Part shown: piece after piece, positions 1 through 9,696 of the stretch
Position numbering within the stretch: the first letter of the stretch is position 1
Layout: every line of letters starts with the position of its first letter
From: an uncultured Anaerolineaceae bacterium
GTDB lineage: Bacteria; Chloroflexota; Anaerolineae; Anaerolineales; UBA4823
Length of the DNA stretch: 64,000 nt
Reading direction: 5' to 3'
NCBI GenBank assembly: GCA_964547225.1
Contig: CAZJMV010000212.1
Location: 16,465-80,464, forward strand
Translations under genes and position numbers: made by a program
The notes under the pieces: generated by a model
What the model was told of the DNA's origin: nothing
Seen by the model: the letters and a program-made list of their open reading frames with translations, nothing else
Databases searched by the model: none

Positions 1-1642
1 AAAATTCAGTTCTCGCAGAAACCAGATCGATCGATTCAAGACCTTCCACAGAAAGAAAATTCTTCGTTTCTAGCTGCGATTGATTTTTTATATGCCATTT
101 TGCAGTCCCAAATCGAGCATGACTTGTAACCCTACCCCCAAATTTTCTGCAGAGATTATTAGCTAATTTAATAGCATCCCCTTCAACAACCAAATCAAAA
201 TCTAAACTCGGTTTATCCAATAACAAATCACGCACAAATCCACCCACAATGTAAAGAGCTGCATGTTGATTAAAGGCTACTTCAGCGATTGTTTTTATCA
301 ACCTAAGTCTATCGTCAGGCAAAGCACTTTCCAATCGGGCAGCTAAATTCATCCTACCTGTTATCATTGGTCGTTGAGTAAGCGTTTGAATAAGATCTGT
401 TCGAGTTACAATTCCGATAATATTTTTTGTATCCGGATCAACCACAGGAACTTGTCCCCAACCCGAATCGGTCATTAACCGCTGTAGATTCTCAACAGAA
501 TCATCCGGGTGTACTGAAAAACTACCAGCATCCATCAAGTTAGCTGCATTCAGATTTATTTTATGCGAGATTGCACGATCTACTGCTCTACGAGTAAGTA
601 AACCTACAACTTGCCCATCTTCTACCACCGGATATCCTTCATAACCATAACGTTGCATACGACGAGCAGCATCTTGAACTGAAGTGGTCGGAGAAAGTAA
701 CATTGGTTCCCGAGACATAATCTGAGACACTTTTACTGCTGGTTGTATGTGCTTAGGGAGAATTTCAACAAGTTGTTCACAAATACTTTCTGCTTCACGA
801 TCACGTATTAAGCTTGCAGCTGCGCGGGCATGTCCCCCACCCCCAAACTCTGCAACCAACTCAGAGACATCAATATTATCACTAGTTGATCGAGCAATCA
901 TTTGCACACCTCCCCCTGTTTTTGCTACAACGATCAGAGCATCCGGATCCAACAAATCGCGTAATTTATGTACCACGGAGGAGAGTTCTTCATCAACATT
1001 TTGAGCATCACCACAAGTGATCAATACTGTATGACCATGAATTAAATAATGTTGAGCATTTTCTCGTAAACGATCATAAAGCTCTTGTTGTTCATGAGTC
1101 AAAGGGTGATTCAAAAATCTGGCAGCAATATCCAAGCTTGCTCCACGATCTAGTAAATATGCTGCTGCTCTAATATCACGAGATGTTGTCCGAGTGTAGG
1201 TGAGAGAGCCTGTATCTTCATAGATGCCTAACAAAAGTAAAGTGGCTTGTATCATGCCTAACATACCATTACGTTCTTGAATTGCTTCGACAAGCAAAGT
1301 GGTAGTCGCGCCAATCTCAATTGTTTTCACATTCCAACTTCCTGGTAATCCTTCTTTCAATGGGTGATGATCTATAACATTTACCTCAGCATCTTCTGAC
1401 ATGCCTTTTATGCTTACCAAAGACTGTGTATCCACCAAGGTAATTCTATCAATCGTCTCTTTCGGTAAATCACGTGGATCTATAAAAGGCAAATCCATTC
1501 CATATAAGGTGAGAAAGGCGCGTGTATTTCTATTTAGCCGACGCGGTAAAACTGGAACCGCAATCTCGTTCAGCAAATATGCACCTAATAGAGAAGCTAA
1601 AGCATCAAAATCGGCTTGTTCATGCGTTAAAATAATATGCAT
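1..1642 (-). CDS. DHH/DHHA1 - CBS pair - poly(A) polymerase-family tRNA nucleotidyltransferase (CCA-adding-enzyme-like) fusion; 3' end cut by window start
   Basis: Minus-strand frame opens at ATG 1642-1640 and runs off the window, so it has no stop and is absent from the ORF track. My translation starts MHIILTHEQADFDALASLLGAYLL...VNVIDHHPL (DHH phosphoesterase motifs). The middle reads ...LMTDSGWGQVPVVDPDTKN... (CBS-like). Near the window edge it reads IVGGFVRDLLLDKPSLDFDLVVEGDAIKLA...GLESIDLVSARTEF (nucleotidyltransferase head-domain GG-VRD-LL and DxD motifs). Confidence 0.8.
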   Translation of the reverse strand, partial: MHIILTHEQADFDALASLLGAYLLNEIAVPVLPRRLNRNTRAFLTLYGMDLPFIDPRDLPKETIDRITLVDTQSLVSIKGMSEDAEVNVIDHHPLKEGLPGSWNVKTIEIGATTTLLVEAIQERNGMLGMIQATLLLLGIYEDTGSLTYTRTTSRDIRAAAYLLDRGASLDIAARFLNHPLTHEQQELYDRLRENAQHYLIHGHTVLITCGDAQNVDEELSSVVHKLRDLLDPDALIVVAKTGGGVQMIARSTSDNIDVSELVAEFGGGGHARAAASLIRDREAESICEQLVEILPKHIQPAVKVSQIMSREPMLLSPTTSVQDAARRMQRYGYEGYPVVEDGQVVGLLTRRAVDRAISHKINLNAANLMDAGSFSVHPDDSVENLQRLMTDSGWGQVPVVDPDTKNIIGIVTRTDLIQTLTQRPMITGRMNLAARLESALPDDRLRLIKTIAEVAFNQHAALYIVGGFVRDLLLDKPSLDFDLVVEGDAIKLANNLCRKFGGRVTSHARFGTAKWHIKNQSQLETKNFLSVEGLESIDLVSARTEF

Positions 1643-1779
1643 ATAATATTTATCCAGACTAGTAACACGCTCTTTATAAGATATTCTAATCTAAAATCTA
1701 ATGTTTTCTTTAGCAATCAAAAAAAATGAGGACAAGGAAAATTATCATAAAAATAACATTTCGGTGCAGGAGCATATAA

Positions 1780-1995
1780 ATGAACCATGAACAAGAAACA
1801 AAAAATTTAGAAAAACTATGGAACCAAATTTTATCGCGCGATGAAATCCTAATTCGAGAGGCTTTTAGTGGACTTGATGATGCTGAAAGAGAAGCAGTCA
1901 TCAACCATCTGAAACGAATGTCAACTGAGGAGGATTGGCACCAAGAACAAAGAACGTCCGCTCAAGCTGCTATAAAAACGCTCCTAATTGACTGA
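1780..1995 (+). CDS. hypothetical small acidic protein (71 aa)
   Basis: ORF track. An 8-nt overlap with the next ORF (1988-1995) suggests translational coupling. No motif recognised. Confidence 0.45.
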   Translation: MNHEQETKNLEKLWNQILSRDEILIREAFSGLDDAEREAVINHLKRMSTEEDWHQEQRTSAQAAIKTLLID

Positions 1996-2347
1996 TATAG
2001 AATTACTTCATATAATCAAACCAATGAACATCAAACAACTCACTCAAATCATGCACGATTTTGTTCATTCCAAAGGATGGTATGAGAAAGACAGTCCGAA
2101 GAAACAGACATTCCGGAACTTAGCCATCTCACTTTGTTTGGAATCGGCAGAGGTTTTAGAGCACTTTCAATGGACTGAAGAATTAAAGGACAAAGAAAGT
2201 CTAGCTATGGAATTAGCTGATGTTGCTCTCTATCTCTTGCAGATAGCACAACTTGCCGAGATCGATTTGGAGGATGCAATTATTACTAAACTCGAACAAA
2301 ATTATCAAAGGGACTGGGCTAAAGAAAAAAATGAAGGGTTTTCTTGA
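1988..2347 (+). CDS. MazG-like nucleoside triphosphate pyrophosphohydrolase (small all-alpha type)
   Basis: 119 aa. ...LAISLCLESAEVLEHFQW...LAMELADVALYLLQIAQLAEIDL matches the ExxE / ExxD helix pattern of stand-alone MazG/dCTPase-like domains. Confidence 0.7.
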   Translation: MTDIELLHIIKPMNIKQLTQIMHDFVHSKGWYEKDSPKKQTFRNLAISLCLESAEVLEHFQWTEELKDKESLAMELADVALYLLQIAQLAEIDLEDAIITKLEQNYQRDWAKEKNEGFS

Positions 2348-2368
2348 TTCAAAGAAACATAAATAACC

Positions 2369-3175
2369 ATGCCAGCTATCCAACCAGCCCGATTAAGAAA
2401 ACAAGCTCTTATGCTAGCGGAGCATTTTGATAACCCAGGAGCTTTCGTTCGAAGTCTACATTATTTATTGGAGTATTATGCTGACCGGACTCGAAAACCT
2501 GGACAATCTGGATCTCCACCGCCTCTAATCAAAACTTATAATATTCGTCCTCCTATTTTAAAACAAGTTTTATTAGAAATCGCTCCATTATGCCGAGAAA
2601 ACCCTGTTGAAGGGATTGCACTATGTGATCGACTATGGGAAGAATCTTACTTTGAATTTCAACTACTTGCCATTTACTTATTAGGGGAAATTCCTCCCGA
2701 CCCTCCAGAACATATCATCTCACGCATCCAATCTCAGATGAATACTGAACTTGACCCCTCTTTATTAGATCCTCTCCTTCGGTTTTCGCTTTCGAAAATT
2801 CGTACAGAGCATCCAAAAATATATGCTGAACTTGTTTCCAATTGGATAAAAAGTGAAGATTATTTTCATATTCAGATGGGATTATTGGCTTTACTTCCTC
2901 TTATCCAAGATAGTCAATTTGAAAATCTTCCTATTATCTTTAAGATGATTCAACCACTTGTAAGATCATCACCACCCGCAGTAAAACCAGACTTGTTAGA
3001 TGTATTGACCGCTCTGGCACATAAATCACCTTCGGAAACAGCTTTTTTTCTCCAACATAATCTAACTGCCCCGAATGCAATTGATACCGCATGGATAATT
3101 CGACAATTATTAAATGAATTTCCTATAGAAATTGGAGCAAACCTCAGAAAACTGTCTCGAAAACAAAGAGGGTGA
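2369..3175 (+). CDS. HEAT-like repeat protein, possibly DNA alkylation repair (AlkD-like) family
   Basis: 268 aa, helical repeat character. The segment LCDRLWEESYFEFQLLAIYLLGEI resembles the LW..p.rEFQ.aAl repeat of AlkD-type proteins. The assignment comes from memory of that family, not from a search. Confidence 0.45.
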   Translation: MPAIQPARLRKQALMLAEHFDNPGAFVRSLHYLLEYYADRTRKPGQSGSPPPLIKTYNIRPPILKQVLLEIAPLCRENPVEGIALCDRLWEESYFEFQLLAIYLLGEIPPDPPEHIISRIQSQMNTELDPSLLDPLLRFSLSKIRTEHPKIYAELVSNWIKSEDYFHIQMGLLALLPLIQDSQFENLPIIFKMIQPLVRSSPPAVKPDLLDVLTALAHKSPSETAFFLQHNLTAPNAIDTAWIIRQLLNEFPIEIGANLRKLSRKQRG

Positions 3176-3202
3176 AAAAATCGATATTTAAAAAATGCAC
3201 TC

Positions 3203-3231
3203 TTGCTTGCTCTTAATCTCTTTGGTATAAT
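3203..3231 (+). promoter_or_regulatory. sigma70-type promoter for rpsO (TTGCTT -17 nt- TGgTATAAT, extended -10)
   Basis: TTGCTT at 3203-3208, a 17-nt spacer, TG at 3223-3224 and TATAAT at 3226-3231, about 100 nt upstream of the rpsO ATG. Confidence 0.55.
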
Positions 3232-3329
3232 CACTTAGCCTTGACTAGACCAACTCGTGGTAAACAGAAATCCCCACTACGAGTATGGAGACCTGTGTAA
3301 AATAAAACGAAAGGAGTATACAGACGTCA

Positions 3330-3602
3330 ATGTCTATTACAAAAGAAAATAAAAGAAAGGTAATTGAAGAATTTGCACGTCATAAAGACGATACAGGTTC
3401 ACCAGAAGTACAGATAGCTATACTAACCAATCGAATCAACCAACTTACAGACCACCTCAGAGTGAATAAGCACGATGAGTCATCTCGCCGTGGATTATTA
3501 AAGTTGGTTGGGCGAAGACGAAGGCTACTTGCATACGTCAGGAAAGACGATTTTGCCCGATATATGGCATTAACTGATCGATTGAATATTCGCCGAAAGT
3601 GA
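3330..3602 (+). CDS. rpsO: 30S ribosomal protein S15
   Basis: 90 aa. ...[49 protein letters not shown]... is the canonical S15 sequence. It sits in the classic rpsO-pnp pair. Confidence 0.96.
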   Translation: MSITKENKRKVIEEFARHKDDTGSPEVQIAILTNRINQLTDHLRVNKHDESSRRGLLKLVGRRRRLLAYVRKDDFARYMALTDRLNIRRK

Positions 3603-3613
3603 GCAATGCTATT

Positions 3614-3652
3614 GAGTAGATGGCGCGCAGGTCTCCCATCTGCTCTTTTATT
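3614..3652 (+). terminator. candidate intrinsic terminator/attenuator after rpsO
   Basis: GAGTAGATGG (3614-3623) pairs with CCATCTGCTC (3636-3645): 10 bp including one G-U. The loop is 12 nt and TTTTATT follows. The long loop makes it atypical. Confidence 0.45.
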
Positions 3653-3967
3653 GCAAATTCCATATATGGAACCATGGTAATATTTTCTTTGCAATCGTGT
3701 CTAATAGACCTTGTTTTTGGGGGCATGAACGCAAAGGAATTAATAAAAATCTGTTCATGATGAAAAAGAAAAAACGAAATGTTCCTTTAAGTTGAACTGC
3801 CATGCAGATTCATAAGTTGAATCGATAATGGCAAAATAATGGTTTAATAATTATCAAGATAATCGCCGGTTGGGTATTGAAGAGCGTAGACAACCACAAA
3901 AAAGGAAAAAACATGTTGTCATCGTTTCTCAGTCCCTAACCTGGCGAACAAAGTTTAGGAGAAACTA

Positions 3968-6178
3968 ATGAAAAAAGAAGTATACCGATATACCGTTGAA
4001 CTCGCAGGTAGACAATTCGAGTTCGAAACAGGAAAATTAGCTGGTCAAGCTGGAGGAGCAGTAACCCTGAAATATGGCGATAGTATGGTATTGGCTACTG
4101 CAACTATGAGCAAGGATGTACGTCCAGGGATAGATTTTTTCCCATTAACCGTTGACTATGAAGAACGTATGTACGCGGGGGGACGAATACCAGGTTCATT
4201 TTTCCGCCGCGAAGGCAGACCTGGTGAAGAAGCGATACTCACTGCACGATTGACCGATCGACCACTAAGACCGCTTTTCCCAAAAGATTTACGGAATGAG
4301 GTTCAAGTGATCATCTATTCCTTATCAACGGATGGAAACAATCCGATGGATATTTTAGCTATCAACGCAGCATCTGCTGCACTAATGATCTCCGATATCC
4401 CCTGGGAAGGACCAATTGCTGCTGTACGAGTTGGACTGATCGATGATCAACTCATTGCCAACCCAACTTTTGATCAATTTGAGAATTCGAAGTTAAACCT
4501 GCGTATTGCTGGAACTCGAGAAGCAATCTTGATGGTTGAATCTTCTTCGGATATTATTTCAGAAGAAATAATGATAGCTGCTTTGGAATTTGGACATAAA
4601 TCCCTACAGCCAATCATAGATATTCAGGAAAAAATGGCTCATGAGATCGGGAAAACCAAGCGCGAGTATGAAATCCACCAAATTGATGATACGCTAACCC
4701 AATCCATAAATGCCTATCTGCAGGATCCAATCCAACAAATTCTTGAACAAACTTACGAGAAAGCCTCTTTCTATAACGCCCTAGACGAACTTCGCGCTCA
4801 GACAATTCAAGAATTTGCATCTGAGGACGAAACAATATCTAAGGATGTTGTTGAGTTATTCGAAGAAACCCTAAGAGATTTAGTTAGGAAACGTATCTTG
4901 GAGAAAGGAGTTCGCATCGATGGACGCTCATCAACAGATATTCGAACAATTTGGTGCGAAGTTAACGTTAGCCCACGTGCACATGGTTCGGGTCTTTTCA
5001 CGAGAGGCGAGACACAGGTACTCACCTTAGCTACCTTGGGAACTCCACGCGAAGCACAGGAACTCGATAACCTCACCCCATCTGATTATAAACGCTATAT
5101 TCATCACTATAATTTTCCACCTTTTTGTGTCGGGGAAACAAGCCCCTTACGCGGAACATCACGAAGAGAGATTGGACATGGCGCCTTAGCTGAGAGAGCT
5201 TTAGTGCCAGTCATTCCGCCCGAAAAAGAATTTCCCTATACACTCCGTCTCGTTTCAGAGGTACTTTCATCTAATGGATCTTCTTCAATGGCATCTGTTT
5301 GCGGATCAACATTAGCGTTGATGGATACCGGGGTACCAATCAAAGCCCCTGTAGCCGGAGTAGCAATGGGATTAATAAAAGAAGGTGATAATTATCGCAT
5401 TCTTACAGATATCCTTGGGACCGAAGATCACCTTGGAGATATGGACTTTAAAGTCGCTGGTACTACCTTAGGAATAACCGCCTTGCAGATGGATATTAAG
5501 GTTAAAGGACTTACTTCTGGAATTATGTCCCAAGCGTTAGAACAAGCAAAATCAGCACGCCTTATGATTTTAGATAAGATGATGGAGACTATTCCGGCTC
5601 CTAATCCCAATCTAAAGAATCATGCTCCACGCATGGAAGTAATCCAAATTCCTATTGAAAAAATTGGTGCTGTAATCGGACCTGGCGGTAAGATTATTCG
5701 AGCCATCCAAGAAGAAACTGGGGCGAAAATCGATATCGATGAAGATGGTACAGTTTTTATCGCTACTACTGATAGAGACAGTGCAATTAGGGCAAAAGAG
5801 CAAATTGAAGCTTTAACCGAATCTGCTGAAGTAGGTAGAATCTACACCGGAAAGGTAGTTCGAATTACTGATTTTGGAGCCTTTGTTGAGATTCTCCCCA
5901 ATATTGATGGTTTGGTTCATATATCTCAATTGGACACTCAACGAGTAAATAAAGTAGAAGATGTCGTCCGGAGAGGTGATGAGATCACGGTTATGGTTAC
6001 AGACATCGATGAAACAGGACGAATCCGCCTATCTCGACAAGCTGTGTTAGAAGGTTGGACGGCAGAAGAAGCTGCAGATCGCGATCGACCTGGAGGTGGT
6101 TCGAAATCTGGTAATAGACAGAGCGGAGAGAGATCCGGAAACCGCAGAAAATCACATTACGATAAAAATCGGCGATAA
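3968..6178 (+). CDS. pnp: polyribonucleotide nucleotidyltransferase (PNPase)
   Basis: 736 aa. Two RNase PH domains, a KH domain ([25 protein letters not shown]) and an S1 domain ([22 protein letters not shown]), plus a basic C-terminal tail. An SD (AGGAG) precedes the ATG. Confidence 0.97.
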   Translation: MKKEVYRYTVELAGRQFEFETGKLAGQAGGAVTLKYGDSMVLATATMSKDVRPGIDFFPLTVDYEERMYAGGRIPGSFFRREGRPGEEAILTARLTDRPLRPLFPKDLRNEVQVIIYSLSTDGNNPMDILAINAASAALMISDIPWEGPIAAVRVGLIDDQLIANPTFDQFENSKLNLRIAGTREAILMVESSSDIISEEIMIAALEFGHKSLQPIIDIQEKMAHEIGKTKREYEIHQIDDTLTQSINAYLQDPIQQILEQTYEKASFYNALDELRAQTIQEFASEDETISKDVVELFEETLRDLVRKRILEKGVRIDGRSSTDIRTIWCEVNVSPRAHGSGLFTRGETQVLTLATLGTPREAQELDNLTPSDYKRYIHHYNFPPFCVGETSPLRGTSRREIGHGALAERALVPVIPPEKEFPYTLRLVSEVLSSNGSSSMASVCGSTLALMDTGVPIKAPVAGVAMGLIKEGDNYRILTDILGTEDHLGDMDFKVAGTTLGITALQMDIKVKGLTSGIMSQALEQAKSARLMILDKMMETIPAPNPNLKNHAPRMEVIQIPIEKIGAVIGPGGKIIRAIQEETGAKIDIDEDGTVFIATTDRDSAIRAKEQIEALTESAEVGRIYTGKVVRITDFGAFVEILPNIDGLVHISQLDTQRVNKVEDVVRRGDEITVMVTDIDETGRIRLSRQAVLEGWTAEEAADRDRPGGGSKSGNRQSGERSGNRRKSHYDKNRR

Positions 6179-6188
6179 AAAAGAAACC

Positions 6189-6216
6189 AAAAAGTGCTCA
6201 AATAGGAGCACTTTTT
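6189..6216. terminator. intrinsic terminator after pnp (A-tract/U-tract flanked)
   Basis: AAAAAGTGCTC (6189-6199), loop AAATAG, GAGCACTTTTT (6206-6216). Confidence 0.7.
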
Positions 6217-6307
6217 GTTAGTTCTATTTTTTTCAGAAAAGTGATGTAACTTTAACCTATAGAATTGCATCTCATAGTCAGAAAAATTTATAATAACGAG
6301 GCAAAAA

Positions 6308-7276
6308 ATGGATTTAAGCTTTAGTGAAATCTCCAGCTCAAATGCTGGTCAAGAAGAAACCCCTGTGAAAGTACTTATTATCGGGTCAGGTCCTGCTGGA
6401 CTAGCAGCAGCTCTTTATGCAGCCAGAGCCGATTTAAAACCTGTTGTTTTAACAGGGATGGAATTGGGCGGACAAGTCTCATTAACTTATGAGGTAGACA
6501 ACTATCCTGGTTTTCCTGAGGGTGTAGGAGGCTCAGAACTAGTACAACTTTTTCAGAAGCAAGCCGAGCGATTCGGGGCAAAAATTGAATACGATACAGC
6601 AACCGAAGTCTCTCTTTCCGAGCGTCCATTTCGAGTTAAATCATATAATACAACTTACTTAGCCGATTCGATCATCATATCAACAGGCGCCACATCCAAA
6701 CACTTGAATGTCCCCGGGGAAAGTGAATTAACCGGTAAGGGAGTTTCCTATTGTGCGACATGTGATGGATGGTTCTTCAAAGAGAAAGATGTAGTTGTAG
6801 TAGGTGGTGGAGACAGCGCTATAGAGGAAGGATTATTCCTGACACGTTACGCTAAATCCGTAACGATCATCCATCGACGAGATGAACTACGTGCTGGACC
6901 AGTGTTGCAAAAGAAAGCCAATGATAATCCAAAAATGCATTTTATTTGGAATTCTGTTGTTACCGAAATCAAAGGCGACGATAGCGTAAAATCAATCCAA
7001 TTGAAAAATGTTCTCAATGATGAGGAAAGTGAGCTACCTATTGATGGTGTTTTTGTCTTTATCGGACACAACCCGAACACAGAAGTGTTTAAAGGTCAAA
7101 TTGAATTAGATGATAATGGATATATAATAATTGATGATTGGATGCGGACAAACATACCTGGTGTGTTTGCAGCAGGAGAAGCCGCAGATTCCCATTTCCG
7201 ACAGGTCATCACATCTGCTGGTATGGGCGCGGCAGCAGGTATGCAAGCAAATCATTTCTTGGAAGAGATGAGCTAA
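6308..7276 (+). CDS. trxB: thioredoxin-disulfide reductase
   Basis: 322 aa. FAD fold IIGSGPAGLAAALYAAR, redox-active SYCATCDGWFF, and NADPH fold VVGGGDSAIEEG. Confidence 0.92.
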   Translation: MDLSFSEISSSNAGQEETPVKVLIIGSGPAGLAAALYAARADLKPVVLTGMELGGQVSLTYEVDNYPGFPEGVGGSELVQLFQKQAERFGAKIEYDTATEVSLSERPFRVKSYNTTYLADSIIISTGATSKHLNVPGESELTGKGVSYCATCDGWFFKEKDVVVVGGGDSAIEEGLFLTRYAKSVTIIHRRDELRAGPVLQKKANDNPKMHFIWNSVVTEIKGDDSVKSIQLKNVLNDEESELPIDGVFVFIGHNPNTEVFKGQIELDDNGYIIIDDWMRTNIPGVFAAGEAADSHFRQVITSAGMGAAAGMQANHFLEEMS

Positions 7277-7299
7277 AAGAAATATCACATATCATCTAA

Positions 7300-8265
<966 letters not shown>

Positions 8266-8360
8266 TTGCGGACTAATCATCATTTTCGATGAATGATTTC
8301 TTAAAGAGAGATCATCATTCCTTGAATTTCAACCACACCCATCACGGAGAAATAAGGAAT

Positions 8361-9680
8361 ATGTCCATTGAATCAAAACTAAAAACTATTATTCCAATAT
8401 GGAGGAACAGAGTCAGAGAATTACTCGAGCAAAGCCAAGACGTAAAAGTTGGTGAGGTTACCATTGGACAAATCTACGGCGGCATGCGAGGCATTCATAG
8501 TTTAGTTACAGATATCTCATATGTAGACCCCAATGAAGGGATTCGATTACGAGGTTATTCAATCCCTGATTTACTTAATTCACTGCCAAAAGTGATGGGG
8601 GCATCAATCCCTCTTGTTAGTGGTTTGTATTATTTACTGCTCACTGGTGAAATTCCTACCATGCAGGATGCGCTAGAAATTGAAGCTGAATGGAAGGAAC
8701 GCTCCACAGTACCCGATTATGTATTTGAAATCTTACGTGTAATGTCCGACAAAGCCACCCCAATGAATATGTTTTCCACAGCGATCCTATCGATGGAGAG
8801 TTCCTCGGTGTTTTCACGACAATTCAATGAAGGCATCCATAAAGAAGAGTATTGGAGACCAATGTTGGAAGACAGTCTTAATTTAACCGCGAAATTACCG
8901 ATCATTGCTGCCTATATATATAATCTAAAACACAGCGATGATTCAATTCCTCAATTAAATAAAAATGAGGATTGGGCTGGAAATTTTGCTGAAATGGTAA
9001 AGATTCAAGACAACAATTATAAAGATCTCACGCGTTTATATTTTATTATTCACTCTGATCATGAGAGTGGTAACGTGAGCGCCCATACGACCCATCTTGT
9101 AGGTTCTGCTCTATCAAATATTTATTATGCCGCCTCTGCAGGTATGAACGGATTAGCAGGTCCTTTACACGGAAGAGCTAATCAAGAAAACCTTCAATGG
9201 TTAAAACAAATCATTGAAAGATTTGGAAACGTACCTTCAAAAGAAGAATTAACTCAATTCACTTGGGATACCTTAAAATCTAATCGTGTCATTCCTGGTT
9301 ACGGTCATGCTGTGCTGCGGAAGACCGATCCGCGTTATACAGCCCTATATGAATTTGGGAAACAGAGATTCAAGAATGATCCTGTATTCGATCTTGCAAC
9401 CCTGTTATACGAAGTAGTGCCCGAAGTATTAACGAAGCAGGGAAAAGCAAAGAATCCTTACCCTAATTTAGATGCAATTAGCGGCGCGGTACAATATCAT
9501 TACGGGATCGATGATTGTGTAGGAAATGAAGGTTGTGGTTTTTACACAGTGCTGTTTGGGGTAAGTAGGTTATTAGGAGTGACTGCGAATACTGTATGGG
9601 CACGTGCCATTGGACAGCCACTTGAACGACCAAAATCACTAACTACAAACATGTTGGAAGATATCGCCAAAATGGGTTAG
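8361..9680 (+). CDS. gltA: citrate synthase, eukaryotic/mitochondrial-like type
   Basis: Motifs HSDHESGNVSAHT and PGYGHAVLRKTDPRY. The latter matches the mitochondrial-type signature rather than bacterial GFGHRVYK. The start is placed at ATG 8361 (MSIESKL..., preceded by GGAGAAATAAGGAAT); the track ORF starts at 8289. Confidence 0.9.
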   Translation: MSIESKLKTIIPIWRNRVRELLEQSQDVKVGEVTIGQIYGGMRGIHSLVTDISYVDPNEGIRLRGYSIPDLLNSLPKVMGASIPLVSGLYYLLLTGEIPTMQDALEIEAEWKERSTVPDYVFEILRVMSDKATPMNMFSTAILSMESSSVFSRQFNEGIHKEEYWRPMLEDSLNLTAKLPIIAAYIYNLKHSDDSIPQLNKNEDWAGNFAEMVKIQDNNYKDLTRLYFIIHSDHESGNVSAHTTHLVGSALSNIYYAASAGMNGLAGPLHGRANQENLQWLKQIIERFGNVPSKEELTQFTWDTLKSNRVIPGYGHAVLRKTDPRYTALYEFGKQRFKNDPVFDLATLLYEVVPEVLTKQGKAKNPYPNLDAISGAVQYHYGIDDCVGNEGCGFYTVLFGVSRLLGVTANTVWARAIGQPLERPKSLTTNMLEDIAKMG

Positions 9681-9696
9681 TTCACGAAGAAATCGG

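Noticed and set aside
3380-3726. Minus-strand ORFs (104 and 62 aa) across rpsO and the pnp leader
   Set aside because: They are antisense to rpsO and to the structured spacer. No SD and atypical composition.
8289-8360. His-rich N-terminal extension of citrate synthase (MNDFLKRDHHSLNFNHTHHGEIRN)
   Set aside because: ATG 8361 has a good purine-rich SD and matches where citrate synthase homology begins. The extension is probably untranslated, though it is not excluded.
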